53,774 nucleotides of DNA from Comamonadaceae bacterium CG2_30_57_122 (GTDB taxonomy: Bacteria > Pseudomonadota > Gammaproteobacteria > Burkholderiales > Burkholderiaceae_C): the NCBI GenBank assembly GCA_001871515.1, contig MNXW01000314.1:1-53774 (forward strand), read 5' to 3'. Under the pieces are notes generated by a model. It searched no databases, had not been told where the DNA came from, and saw only the letters and a list, made by a program, of their open reading frames with translations. Both the position numbers and the translations under genes were made by a program. Shown here piece by piece: positions 27,911 through 36,694 of the stretch; the first letter of the stretch is position 1, and every line of letters starts with the position of its first letter.

Positions 27911-27934
27911 GAGATTGCATTTACTGGTATTTAT

Positions 27935-29317
27935 ATGAACAAGATAAGTGTTTATTTTGTCATGGCCAGTGCTTTGACTTGCCATTCGCTCTGGGCCCAG
28001 CAGGGAACAACCATCATCGGCAAGAATGATTGGTTGTTTTATCAGTATGAGATGACTGACCCAAGTTATTCCAATTTGGAAAACACCTCCCTGGATTTAA
28101 TTGCCAAGTTCAACCGGCAGCTTCGTGCCAATGGCATCAACCTGGTAGTGACCTTGGTGCCCTTGAAAATGCGGGTTTATTCCGAGCATTTGCCGGACTC
28201 GATCAAACTCAGTGAATACATGATTGGAAGCTATGCCCGCATGAGTGGTGTGCTTGCATCCGCCCAAGTTCACCTGGCCGACCTCAACACCGTATTTTTG
28301 GCCAGTCAGTCGCGCAACAGCGACGCACCTTTTTTCTTCCGGCTTGACTCGCATTGGGCTTCTGCTGGAGCCATGTTGGCGGCTGAAACCATTAAATCCA
28401 GCATCGATGCCAACTCTGAATTAAAGAAGACTCTGAACGCCCTACCTGTCGAAAAATTCAACATTATTTACGGTAAACGCAAGCGCCCGTCTAAGGGACG
28501 CGACTTGGCTGAGCAACTGCCTACAGGGTCTCCCAATTTTGCTGCAGAAATGGTGACACCAGTCAACATCAGCCGTGCCCAGCCGCCTAAAGAGGATCTG
28601 CTTGGCAACCGACTCCCCGTTGGAATTACTTTGGTGGGCAGCAGTTATTCACACGAATGGACTGGGTTTCCTGATGCCCTGCGCTACGTGTTGCAGCGTG
28701 ATGTGTTGGGCGTGTCGGTGGGCGCTGACCGTGGGTCGTGGGTCGGAATGGAAAGTTATCTGCGCGATGACTCGTTTCAGACCAAAGCGCCTGAAATTCT
28801 GCTTTGGGAACTGCCTGAGCGCGACATGAAAGCTCCTCCGGACTACAAATTTCGGGATGCCCGTTATGTGACGAACAACACCGAGTGGCTGCTGCGGGTT
28901 TCGGCATTGGTACAGGCCAAGTGTGAAATTGCCGAGCCACAAGCGCGTGTAGTAGCTACTGGACTGGGCTCAAAATCAGGGCAGTTAAAAGGCAACGATC
29001 TGGTCGCAGGACCAACGGTTGATGGAGATTTTGTTGAAATCAGTTTTGACAAACCGCTTGAAAAACTCGACTACCTGTCGGCGCGCCTAACTTTGGACGG
29101 CCCCAAGCTGGTCACACTGGAAGGCTCAGGTGCAGGTGTGGCCTCACGTCAGCTGGTGTACCCAGTCGCTGGGGACGATGCTTCGCATGTTTTTAAGGTG
29201 ACGGTTCCTTCCGCCACCAAGGGGTTCAGCAAAGTGCGAATTTTTCCTGGAAAAAGCAATGGATTTGCACTGCAAAACCTGCAGGTTTGCCGTCAACCGG
29301 CAGAGCTGTTGAAATAG
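27935..29317 (+). CDS. AlgX/AlgJ-family O-acetyltransferase with extra C-terminal beta domain
   Basis: GKNDWLF, DSHWASAGA, VGSSYS, LLWELPER; ~130-aa extension bracketed by two Cys; tandem paralog of the previous gene. Confidence 0.85.
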   Translation: MNKISVYFVMASALTCHSLWAQQGTTIIGKNDWLFYQYEMTDPSYSNLENTSLDLIAKFNRQLRANGINLVVTLVPLKMRVYSEHLPDSIKLSEYMIGSYARMSGVLASAQVHLADLNTVFLASQSRNSDAPFFFRLDSHWASAGAMLAAETIKSSIDANSELKKTLNALPVEKFNIIYGKRKRPSKGRDLAEQLPTGSPNFAAEMVTPVNISRAQPPKEDLLGNRLPVGITLVGSSYSHEWTGFPDALRYVLQRDVLGVSVGADRGSWVGMESYLRDDSFQTKAPEILLWELPERDMKAPPDYKFRDARYVTNNTEWLLRVSALVQAKCEIAEPQARVVATGLGSKSGQLKGNDLVAGPTVDGDFVEISFDKPLEKLDYLSARLTLDGPKLVTLEGSGAGVASRQLVYPVAGDDASHVFKVTVPSATKGFSKVRIFPGKSNGFALQNLQVCRQPAELLK

Positions 29318-29360
29318 TTCATATGCCCAGTATGGCGCACGTGAAAGCGCGGCTGATTGA

Positions 29361-30479
29361 TCAGTGAAGTAAACCAACGCTGTCTAACCAAGTCGGCTCC
29401 TTATCCAGTTTGTCGTATAAAAACCTTTCTGGTATTTCCCAAACGATGAGCTTAGGTTTGTTTTGTTTGAAAGCGTCATTATTTAGATAGGCGGTGGTGG
29501 CATCCAGCAAGCCGCCGCCGTCTTTGGCGGTATTGAGTACTTTGGTCATCAGGGCTTGTTGTAAAAATCCATGAAAATTCCCACGCATCGAATACGATGT
29601 ACCGGTCAGAGTCACTGCGACGGTAGCGTCGCCAAACAAATCGGCTGCTGTGTCGGCTTCGGCTTGTGAGGTGGTTAGAGGTGTCTCCCGATCCGGTTTA
29701 GGCCGCAAGCGATTTGGCATGTCGTCCAGACCCATCAAATGGATCAGGTCGCCAGCGCGTTCTGACTCTAGTCCGCTGGGTTCCGTCTTGAACCCGGTAG
29801 CTTTCAGCCCGAGCGCTAGTGCTTTGACTTGACGCGCGATGCGTTCAGCTGCAATTCGTGCTCCGGTCTGATTCCAATGGGTGTCAGTAAGGTAATAAAC
29901 GTCGTGGTGTTGGGCTGCCTGTGCCAGGGGTTCAAATAAGTCGACTGCGACCACCTCTTGTTGATTTAGTGCCGCGATAGCGGATGAATAGCGTGATTCG
30001 TTATAGCTTGGGTAGTGCCCATTTTTCAGAAATTGTGCATACACACGCGCCTTGTCTGGTACGAGTGCTACGACCAATTGCACCTGCTGGTTCTTTAAAG
30101 CACGAGCAGCGGCACCCAGAAGTTGCGCTCGGGCTGAAAGGTTTGCTTCACCATCAGGTTCGTACTTGAGTTCATCGGTCAAAAAAAGAAAATCGTTTTT
30201 ACCGACCCGGACTTGGTCGCCTGCACCGCCTGTCAACAGGTAGCGGGTGCTGTTGGCAGCAGCAATCAGTGTGGAGCGAATTGGAAGTTTTTGATCCAAT
30301 TGTTTTTCTAGTCCACCGGTCATGCGTCCGGCGCGAAAATCCGCCCAGGTGGAAGGGAAAGCAAGTCCATCGGGGTGCTGTGCGGCGGCGATCATTTGCC
30401 AAATTCCGACACTCATCACCGCCATAAAAACACCAAAGAACGGTGCGCATATCAAGGTTGATTTTTCAAGTTTCATCAT
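29361..30479 (-). CDS. AlgJ/WssI-like membrane-anchored O-acetyltransferase
   Basis: N-terminal TM; GKNDFLFL, LVPDKARVY, DTHWNQTGA, TGTSYS, PKLIVWEIPER. Confidence 0.87.
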   Translation of the reverse strand: MMKLEKSTLICAPFFGVFMAVMSVGIWQMIAAAQHPDGLAFPSTWADFRAGRMTGGLEKQLDQKLPIRSTLIAAANSTRYLLTGGAGDQVRVGKNDFLFLTDELKYEPDGEANLSARAQLLGAAARALKNQQVQLVVALVPDKARVYAQFLKNGHYPSYNESRYSSAIAALNQQEVVAVDLFEPLAQAAQHHDVYYLTDTHWNQTGARIAAERIARQVKALALGLKATGFKTEPSGLESERAGDLIHLMGLDDMPNRLRPKPDRETPLTTSQAEADTAADLFGDATVAVTLTGTSYSMRGNFHGFLQQALMTKVLNTAKDGGGLLDATTAYLNNDAFKQNKPKLIVWEIPERFLYDKLDKEPTWLDSVGLLH

Positions 30480-30497
30480 TCGTGCTTGTTGGGCAGT

Positions 30498-31883
30498 TTA
30501 AAACTGGAAATACAGAAAAGGAGTAAAAGACTGGGACGACAGCGTGGCTACCGCCCAGAGAAAAAATGGAATGATCAGGTAACGCAAAAAAACATTCTCC
30601 TGTCTTTTCAGCCAAGGCATGGCGTAAACCAGGGCAATGCCCAAGCCCAGCACCAGCAAACGGTCTGGGGTGACTTGCCAGGCTACAGCAGGGCTTAATT
30701 CGATGCCGTTGTACCCCATCATGCCGACGAACATGCGGGCAGCGCCGGAGCTATCGGTGGCTCGGAAAATGACCCAGCCAATCATGACCAGCAACATGGT
30801 TTTAATGACGCGCAACCAGCCGGGTAACACCGATTTACCCCATCGCTGTTCCCAATAGCGCTCAAGTACCAGAATGCCACCGTGCCAGGCTCCCCACAGA
30901 ACGAAGGTCCAGTTGGCACCGTGCCAAAGCCCACCCAACAGCATGGTCAAAAACAAATTGATGTAGGTACGAAGAACCCCTTTGCGGTTGCCACCCAGAG
31001 AAATATAAAGATATTCACGTAACCAATTGGACAAAGACATGTGCCAACGTTTCCAAAACTCGGTGATTGAACGTGACACGTACGGGTCATTGAAATTTTC
31101 AGGAAAGACAAAACCGATCATCAATGCCAGGCCAATAGCCATGTCGGTGTAACCACTGAAATCAAAAAACAACTGGATGGTGTAGGCCGCTGCACCCAAC
31201 CAGGCATCAGCCAGTGTCGGTACAGAAGCACCGAAAGTGGCATCGACCAAAGGAGCAACGGAGTCAGCAATGAGTACCTTTTTACAAAAACCCACCATGA
31301 ACACAAAACAACCACGGGTAAAACGGTCAACGGAATGAACCCGGCATCTGAACTGTTCGGCCAACAGGTGGTAGCGCAACACCGGGCCAGCGACCAAATG
31401 CGGAAACAAGGCAATAAAGGCAGCAAAATCGATGAGGTTACGCGCTGGCAAGGCCTCGCGCCGGTAAATGTCAACCAGGTAGCTGATGGCATGAAAGATG
31501 TAAAACGACAGTCCGATGGGGAGCAGGACATGGGCGAAAGGAACTGGTTGAAACCCCAACGCGAGCAATGCGGTATTGAAGCTGTCGACACCAAAATTGG
31601 CATACTTGAAATAAGCCAATGCAAGTAAATTAGCGGTCACACCCGCTGACAGCAAATGGTATCTGTGTAGTTCATGAACAGATGCGCCAATTGCCAGCGC
31701 AAACGCGTAGCTGATCAGGGTCACTCCGACCAGCAGGACTAAAAAATCCGGACGCCACCACGCATAAAAAAAATAACTGAACAGCAAAATCAGCAGAGAC
31801 TTCGCACGCCATGGGGTCAGGTAATAACAGACCAGGAAAATTGGAAGAAACGCAAAAAGGAAGATGTTTGAGCTAAATACCAT
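30498..31883 (-). CDS. AlgI/WssH-like MBOAT O-acyltransferase
   Basis: MVFSSNIFLF, LPIGLSFYIF, FDFSGYTDMAIG, EFWKRWHMSLS, GGLWHGANW, PFLYFQF. Confidence 0.93.
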   Translation of the reverse strand: MVFSSNIFLFAFLPIFLVCYYLTPWRAKSLLILLFSYFFYAWWRPDFLVLLVGVTLISYAFALAIGASVHELHRYHLLSAGVTANLLALAYFKYANFGVDSFNTALLALGFQPVPFAHVLLPIGLSFYIFHAISYLVDIYRREALPARNLIDFAAFIALFPHLVAGPVLRYHLLAEQFRCRVHSVDRFTRGCFVFMVGFCKKVLIADSVAPLVDATFGASVPTLADAWLGAAAYTIQLFFDFSGYTDMAIGLALMIGFVFPENFNDPYVSRSITEFWKRWHMSLSNWLREYLYISLGGNRKGVLRTYINLFLTMLLGGLWHGANWTFVLWGAWHGGILVLERYWEQRWGKSVLPGWLRVIKTMLLVMIGWVIFRATDSSGAARMFVGMMGYNGIELSPAVAWQVTPDRLLVLGLGIALVYAMPWLKRQENVFLRYLIIPFFLWAVATLSSQSFTPFLYFQF

Positions 31884-31885
31884 AT

Positions 31886-33022
31886 TTAATTCAGAATGCC
31901 TGTATCGTCAAGAATTGAATTGATTCGCATGGATTGATCTTGTCGCGCGCGTTGACGGAAAAAATGGTCAGTCAGTTCACCTTGATCGTAACCGAGCAAG
32001 AAAAATGCGATGCCACCAAGTTGTTGGTCAATCAAATAATCGGTCTTGCGCTCCAGCGCCCACCAGTCTTCAAACCAGCCTTCAACATAACGACCATTGG
32101 AGAGTTTGAATCTGTACGACGATGAGCCGCTTACGGCATCATGCGAGGCACCATACTGCTTGACACGGTCTCGCACGTTGACCGGGATGTCAGGCAAAAG
32201 AAGATGCTCTACAGGTGCAAACGTGGTGCTGGCTCCCTTGCCCAGCGTTGAACTACGGGGTGCATGTCGTAAGACGCGCCACTCATAACCGAACAATGGG
32301 AAACCCAATATCAGGCGTGATTTCGGGACACCCAGTTTCAAAGCCTCTGCAACAGCTTTTTCCCAAGTCAGAGCATCCTTTCCGGACAATGGCGCTACGG
32401 GGCCTGCGGTTTTACTACCAGTCCAGTGTGCGTCATAACCTTGCAATACGACTTGATCCACATCGGTCAAAGTGACAGCATCGTAGAGGACACTTTTGCC
32501 CCCCAACGGGAAAAAAATCGACAAGTTTTTTACTGGCTGCTGTTGATGCAGTTGCTGAGCAAGCGTCCGCACAAACTTTTGGTAACGAGCCAGCGTGGTC
32601 ATTTCGACCACTGTGTAAACTTCAAAATCAAGCTGTAAGCCAGCGACATCTTCATGTGCAACCAACGACATGCATTGTTCAAGCAGGTATTGTGCAGATG
32701 CATCAGATGCAAACAATTTCTCAAACGTAGGGCTGTCCAGTAAAGTCAGCGTCAAATCTAGTGGTGTCCCGCTTTCCCTGATGGCTTGGCGCAATTCAGG
32801 CCATTCATCGGGCCATCCATGACGTGGCTCAACAGAACCATCAGCCGCAACCTGAAGTTCAAAAAACTGCAATCGATCAAACTTTTCCAAAGGAACAGAA
32901 CGCCAACTCTCTGGTAACCACCAGCCCAGATATCCCCATGCTTTGGGGGTTTCTGCCAGGGCACTGACCTGAACGCATAGCAGGGCTATCAGCAACATAT
33001 GCCATGCACCTCGCAGTCTCAT
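31886..33022 (-). CDS. Exported GH18 (chitinase-like) glycoside hydrolase
   Basis: Signal peptide; AGLQLDFE (catalytic DxE retained), QGYDAHW, GPVAPL, KSRLILGFPLFGYEW, LGGIAFF. Confidence 0.82.
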   Translation of the reverse strand: MRLRGAWHMLLIALLCVQVSALAETPKAWGYLGWWLPESWRSVPLEKFDRLQFFELQVAADGSVEPRHGWPDEWPELRQAIRESGTPLDLTLTLLDSPTFEKLFASDASAQYLLEQCMSLVAHEDVAGLQLDFEVYTVVEMTTLARYQKFVRTLAQQLHQQQPVKNLSIFFPLGGKSVLYDAVTLTDVDQVVLQGYDAHWTGSKTAGPVAPLSGKDALTWEKAVAEALKLGVPKSRLILGFPLFGYEWRVLRHAPRSSTLGKGASTTFAPVEHLLLPDIPVNVRDRVKQYGASHDAVSGSSSYRFKLSNGRYVEGWFEDWWALERKTDYLIDQQLGGIAFFLLGYDQGELTDHFFRQRARQDQSMRINSILDDTGILN

Positions 33023-33768
33023 GGCTCGGTACAGTCCAGTAGCCAGTCAGTCACATATTGGATATCCAGACTGGCTTTACAGCTTGGGTCGTATTGGAGT
33101 ACCGGGCGTTCAAACGCCAGAGCATGCGCGACCCGTGGATCCTTGTGAATGGACACAGGGATCACTTGTTTGGGCTGGCTTGCACACAGAGCCAAACGAA
33201 CCTGATGCCCAAGTTTGCTGCTGGTAGGCATTTGATTGATCAGAAAGTTCAAACCAATGAACTCTGTGCGACCCGAGGTGTAATCTTCGACCAAAGTCTT
33301 GATTTTTTCCACGGTAGCAAATGAAGCTGCGTCAGCCAACAGTACAACCAACGCTCGTTGAGCAATTTGAAGCGCCTGTTTCAAAAAAACACCGGGTCCT
33401 GGTGGCGTATCCAGGATGACAAAATCAAAACGACTATCAGACAAAGATTCAATGCCTTCAGCAACCCAATTGGGGTGCTGTTTTAGTTGGGCTTCAAATT
33501 CTTCCAATTCAGTCTCGGAAACACGACCAAATGGAATGAACCCAACCCCAAAGGGGCTTTCAAAAATGGCTGAGGACGTGATGCCTTCGCGCACCAGCCC
33601 AGCAATTTCGTCTGGTTCAAGTCCCAGGTGTAACCTCTGTGAATTTTGTGGATCCAGGTCAATCAAGAGTACTTTTTTTTGACGTTGAGCTAGTGCCACG
33701 GCAATGTTGGCTGCAAGTGTGGACTTGCCAACGCCACCTTTGCCAGAGATAAATGCGATAACTTGCAT
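33019..33768 (-). CDS. bcsQ: BcsQ/YhjQ (MinD/ParA-family) ATPase, copy 2
   Basis: SGKGGVGKST deviant Walker A; DLDPQNSQRLHLG; LDTPPG; ADAASF. Confidence 0.85.
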   Translation of the reverse strand: MQVIAFISGKGGVGKSTLAANIAVALAQRQKKVLLIDLDPQNSQRLHLGLEPDEIAGLVREGITSSAIFESPFGVGFIPFGRVSETELEEFEAQLKQHPNWVAEGIESLSDSRFDFVILDTPPGPGVFLKQALQIAQRALVVLLADAASFATVEKIKTLVEDYTSGRTEFIGLNFLINQMPTSSKLGHQVRLALCASQPKQVIPVSIHKDPRVAHALAFERPVLQYDPSCKASLDIQYVTDWLLDCTEP

Positions 33769-33786
33769 ACAGTTGATTGAAAGTGT

Positions 33787-34377
33787 TCAGCGGCTGTGCT
33801 GTGGTGAAGACAGAATGAGCGAGTCAGATAGCTTTAATTTAAGTCGCTCCATTTTGTGATGAATACCAACTTTTTCATCGTGCTGGTCAGCGGGTTGTGC
33901 TGGCATCACACCGGAAGGATGCGGCGTTGGAGGAACGGCTTGGTTTTTGACAGTGGTTTCCTCTGGTGGCGTGACTTGGTTTGATGGCGGTGGGGTTATT
34001 ACTTTGGGGGTAATAAGCACAGGTGAACTCACCACATTAACGGGCACGGTTGGTAATTTGGGTTTGATTGGCAGGCGAATAGCGGCGTTTGCCTTGGGGG
34101 TCGCCGGCGCAGCAGGTTTAAAAGGAAGCTCCGATTTCTGGACACTTGCGCCTTGCCTTTTGGAAAGCCCAAGTTTCATCAATGCTTCCTGATGGTTAGG
34201 GTCATGACGCAAAATTTTGCGCCAGAGATCAAGAGCCATATCGGCACGATCCTTTTGTTCCCATTCATGAGCCTGATCCACCATATAGCTCATCATCAAG
34301 TCATCAGCAGACCAAGCAGGCACGGATAACATAACAAAAAATGTTAAAAAATACGCATTCGCCTTCATGCTCAACAT
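33787..34377 (-). CDS. Short TPR protein resembling the BcsC N-terminus, with a Pro-rich tail
   Basis: Signal peptide; QAHEWEQKDRADMALDLWRKILRHDPNHQEAL; directly downstream of bcsB; no beta-barrel. Confidence 0.6.
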   Translation of the reverse strand: MLSMKANAYFLTFFVMLSVPAWSADDLMMSYMVDQAHEWEQKDRADMALDLWRKILRHDPNHQEALMKLGLSKRQGASVQKSELPFKPAAPATPKANAAIRLPIKPKLPTVPVNVVSSPVLITPKVITPPPSNQVTPPEETTVKNQAVPPTPHPSGVMPAQPADQHDEKVGIHHKMERLKLKLSDSLILSSPQHSR

Positions 34378-34384
34378 GGTTACT

Positions 34385-36694
34385 TTAGGCTGTTTTGTTG
34401 AAACGTCGATCGATCACGCGTCGTAGTGGGCGGTACGCAACGGTAGCCAACAGGATGCTAATCAACAAACCCAGCAGTGCAAATAAAAGTGGCTGGTCTG
34501 AAAAAAACCAGGACACTTTGCTCAACCATGGCAGTGAGCCAAAGTAATAAGTGGCACTCACTTTTGCATGGTTGACGCTTTTGTCGTCAATGACAGCAAA
34601 ATCACCATGAACGGAAGCTACACGTTCGGTGTCGGTCAGCAAGTCAGAAATTTTGCGCAACCCAACGGGCTTGTCGGCATACAAGAACACCACGCTGCGT
34701 CCAGCTTGCAAAGGGGATTCAAACGCCATGAGTGCCGTCAAATCTCCCACATCGCTGATGTTCAGCGTGCTCTTGGGTAGCGGTGTGGTCTGAATATCAT
34801 GTTGCTCCCAGCGGTATGTTGGCCGCCAGATCGCGTCGGGTTCTCTGACTTTGCGTTCACCATTAATTTTGACCATGGGCAAGTAATCAGCCCATTTGTT
34901 CATCAGTGCCTGGTTTTTAGCAGAACCAATCACCAGTAAATCGCGCGATGCCATTTTGTCAACGTCAAGAGAGGAAACTACAGCGTGTTTTAACGCGGGA
35001 AAGCCAGTGGCCTCTCCCATGCGTCCCATAAGAGTCAAATAAAGTCCCATTTCATCAAGGTTGGGGCTCTCAGGTAAAACCACAGCAGTTTCCGAGAGGT
35101 CGGCCATACGGGTAAACGGGAATCCGATGTTGGCAAAATAAGCCAGATTTGGGAGCGCTGTGTAATGTGGGAAACCGCTGAAATCAATGGTTGATTCGGC
35201 ATCAATGGCAGCTTGCAGGTTGTCGGGTGGCAAATCTTGGCAGTCACCCTGTTTCAGGATGTCAAAGTAATAGGCCATCTGAAGTTGATCACGACCATTA
35301 AGAGCATAGGGTGCTATGTGGAGCAGCTCTTGGTTGGGTGTGACGTTTTGAGTGCTTGAACTAGAAGGCTCCAGAGGGTTACCGGGTTTACTTGGTTCAT
35401 TGAGCGCCAGAGCTTGCAAAAAATGATTGTTCAGACTGATATTCAGACTTGAATTGTGTTGGTTTGGCAAGCGTGTTGCCCGGTATTTCAGCTTGATGGG
35501 TGTACCGGGCGTGCGCCAGGTGAACAAATCGGGTGAGACACGGTAATTGAGTCGAATGACATCCGGGTAATAACCTTGCACGCGTAACTCTTCAGGGCGT
35601 GCCAGCTCACCAAAGCGTACTGGGCGATCTGTTGGAATCCAGGCGGGTGCATCATAAGGTTGGCGAGGTGCTGCCTCGGTTTCCTTGGTGACTGTGACTT
35701 GTTGACCCGACAACGTTGGGCTTATCAAAGCAACAGCACGAGCGGCGCGCATCAGTTCATCATCGGTGCCGCCAGTGATGACCAGTAACCTGGCCAAAGA
35801 GTTGTTGGGGTGTGGCTGGATCGATACCGTCGCAGCTGAGGTGGCTTTTATGTCAAAGACGCTTTCACCAGCCTGCAAAAACACCACCGCATTACCTTCA
35901 GGCAACGCGTTTAGTAAGACCGGGAATTGCGCCCCACGTGCGCCAGCCTGCAAACCAAACCACGACGAAACAATACCTGCAGCTCGAAGTGTGCCTAACG
36001 AAGGTGCAGATGCAAACACAAAAGGTAAGCGCAAGGAGCCTGTTTCCCGCTTGTCCAGGAAGGGTGACGGTAATGTTTTCAGATCGGGCGTGGTAGGAAT
36101 GCGAGCCAGTGTCAGCTCAAGCCGGCCCAGATCGCTCAAAGTAAGCCATAACGAAGAGTGCGTGGGATCCTCGCACTGCCGTGTGTAATGGCCGATCAAG
36201 GTAAAGGTTAAAAAATTCATGTCGTTAAACATGCGAGGGTCAAGGCGAATCTCACGCGAGTTGCCCAATTCTTTGTCTTTTGGCAGCGCCTCAATCATGG
36301 CAATCCGGTCATTAAGCGCAATTTTCAGGTGGCTTAGCTCTGGGATCAAACTGGGTGAATAATCGTACGCAAGGCGCAATTTCGCAGCCACCACTATCTC
36401 ATCGGCACGGATAGGGAACGCCAAAGTTTGAGAGCCACTGACACCTCTCAATTTAATCGCTGACCAGGCTCCCATTTGTTTGAAGGTCAGGGACACAACG
36501 CGTTGAGATGCAGCAGCTTCGGTTTTTCCGCTTGGGACAAGCACTTCTTCCTTGGGCAGATTTTTTGTAGCTTTTGACGGGAGTGATTTGGACTCACCAC
36601 TGGCCATACCGAAAATCATGGCCACAACAAAAAGAGCCGATGCCAAGCATTGCACAGGTTTCAGTCTGAAACTTGATGGTTGGGAATTGGTCAT
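34385..36694 (-). CDS. bcsB: Cellulose synthase periplasmic subunit BcsB
   Basis: YDYSPSLIPELSH, LIGHYTRQCEDPTHSSLW, PYDAPAWIPTDRPV, GFPFTRMADLSET, C-terminal TM; ATGA overlap with the bcsA stop. Confidence 0.93.
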   Translation of the reverse strand: MTNSQPSSFRLKPVQCLASALFVVAMIFGMASGESKSLPSKATKNLPKEEVLVPSGKTEAAASQRVVSLTFKQMGAWSAIKLRGVSGSQTLAFPIRADEIVVAAKLRLAYDYSPSLIPELSHLKIALNDRIAMIEALPKDKELGNSREIRLDPRMFNDMNFLTFTLIGHYTRQCEDPTHSSLWLTLSDLGRLELTLARIPTTPDLKTLPSPFLDKRETGSLRLPFVFASAPSLGTLRAAGIVSSWFGLQAGARGAQFPVLLNALPEGNAVVFLQAGESVFDIKATSAATVSIQPHPNNSLARLLVITGGTDDELMRAARAVALISPTLSGQQVTVTKETEAAPRQPYDAPAWIPTDRPVRFGELARPEELRVQGYYPDVIRLNYRVSPDLFTWRTPGTPIKLKYRATRLPNQHNSSLNISLNNHFLQALALNEPSKPGNPLEPSSSSTQNVTPNQELLHIAPYALNGRDQLQMAYYFDILKQGDCQDLPPDNLQAAIDAESTIDFSGFPHYTALPNLAYFANIGFPFTRMADLSETAVVLPESPNLDEMGLYLTLMGRMGEATGFPALKHAVVSSLDVDKMASRDLLVIGSAKNQALMNKWADYLPMVKINGERKVREPDAIWRPTYRWEQHDIQTTPLPKSTLNISDVGDLTALMAFESPLQAGRSVVFLYADKPVGLRKISDLLTDTERVASVHGDFAVIDDKSVNHAKVSATYYFGSLPWLSKVSWFFSDQPLLFALLGLLISILLATVAYRPLRRVIDRRFNKTA

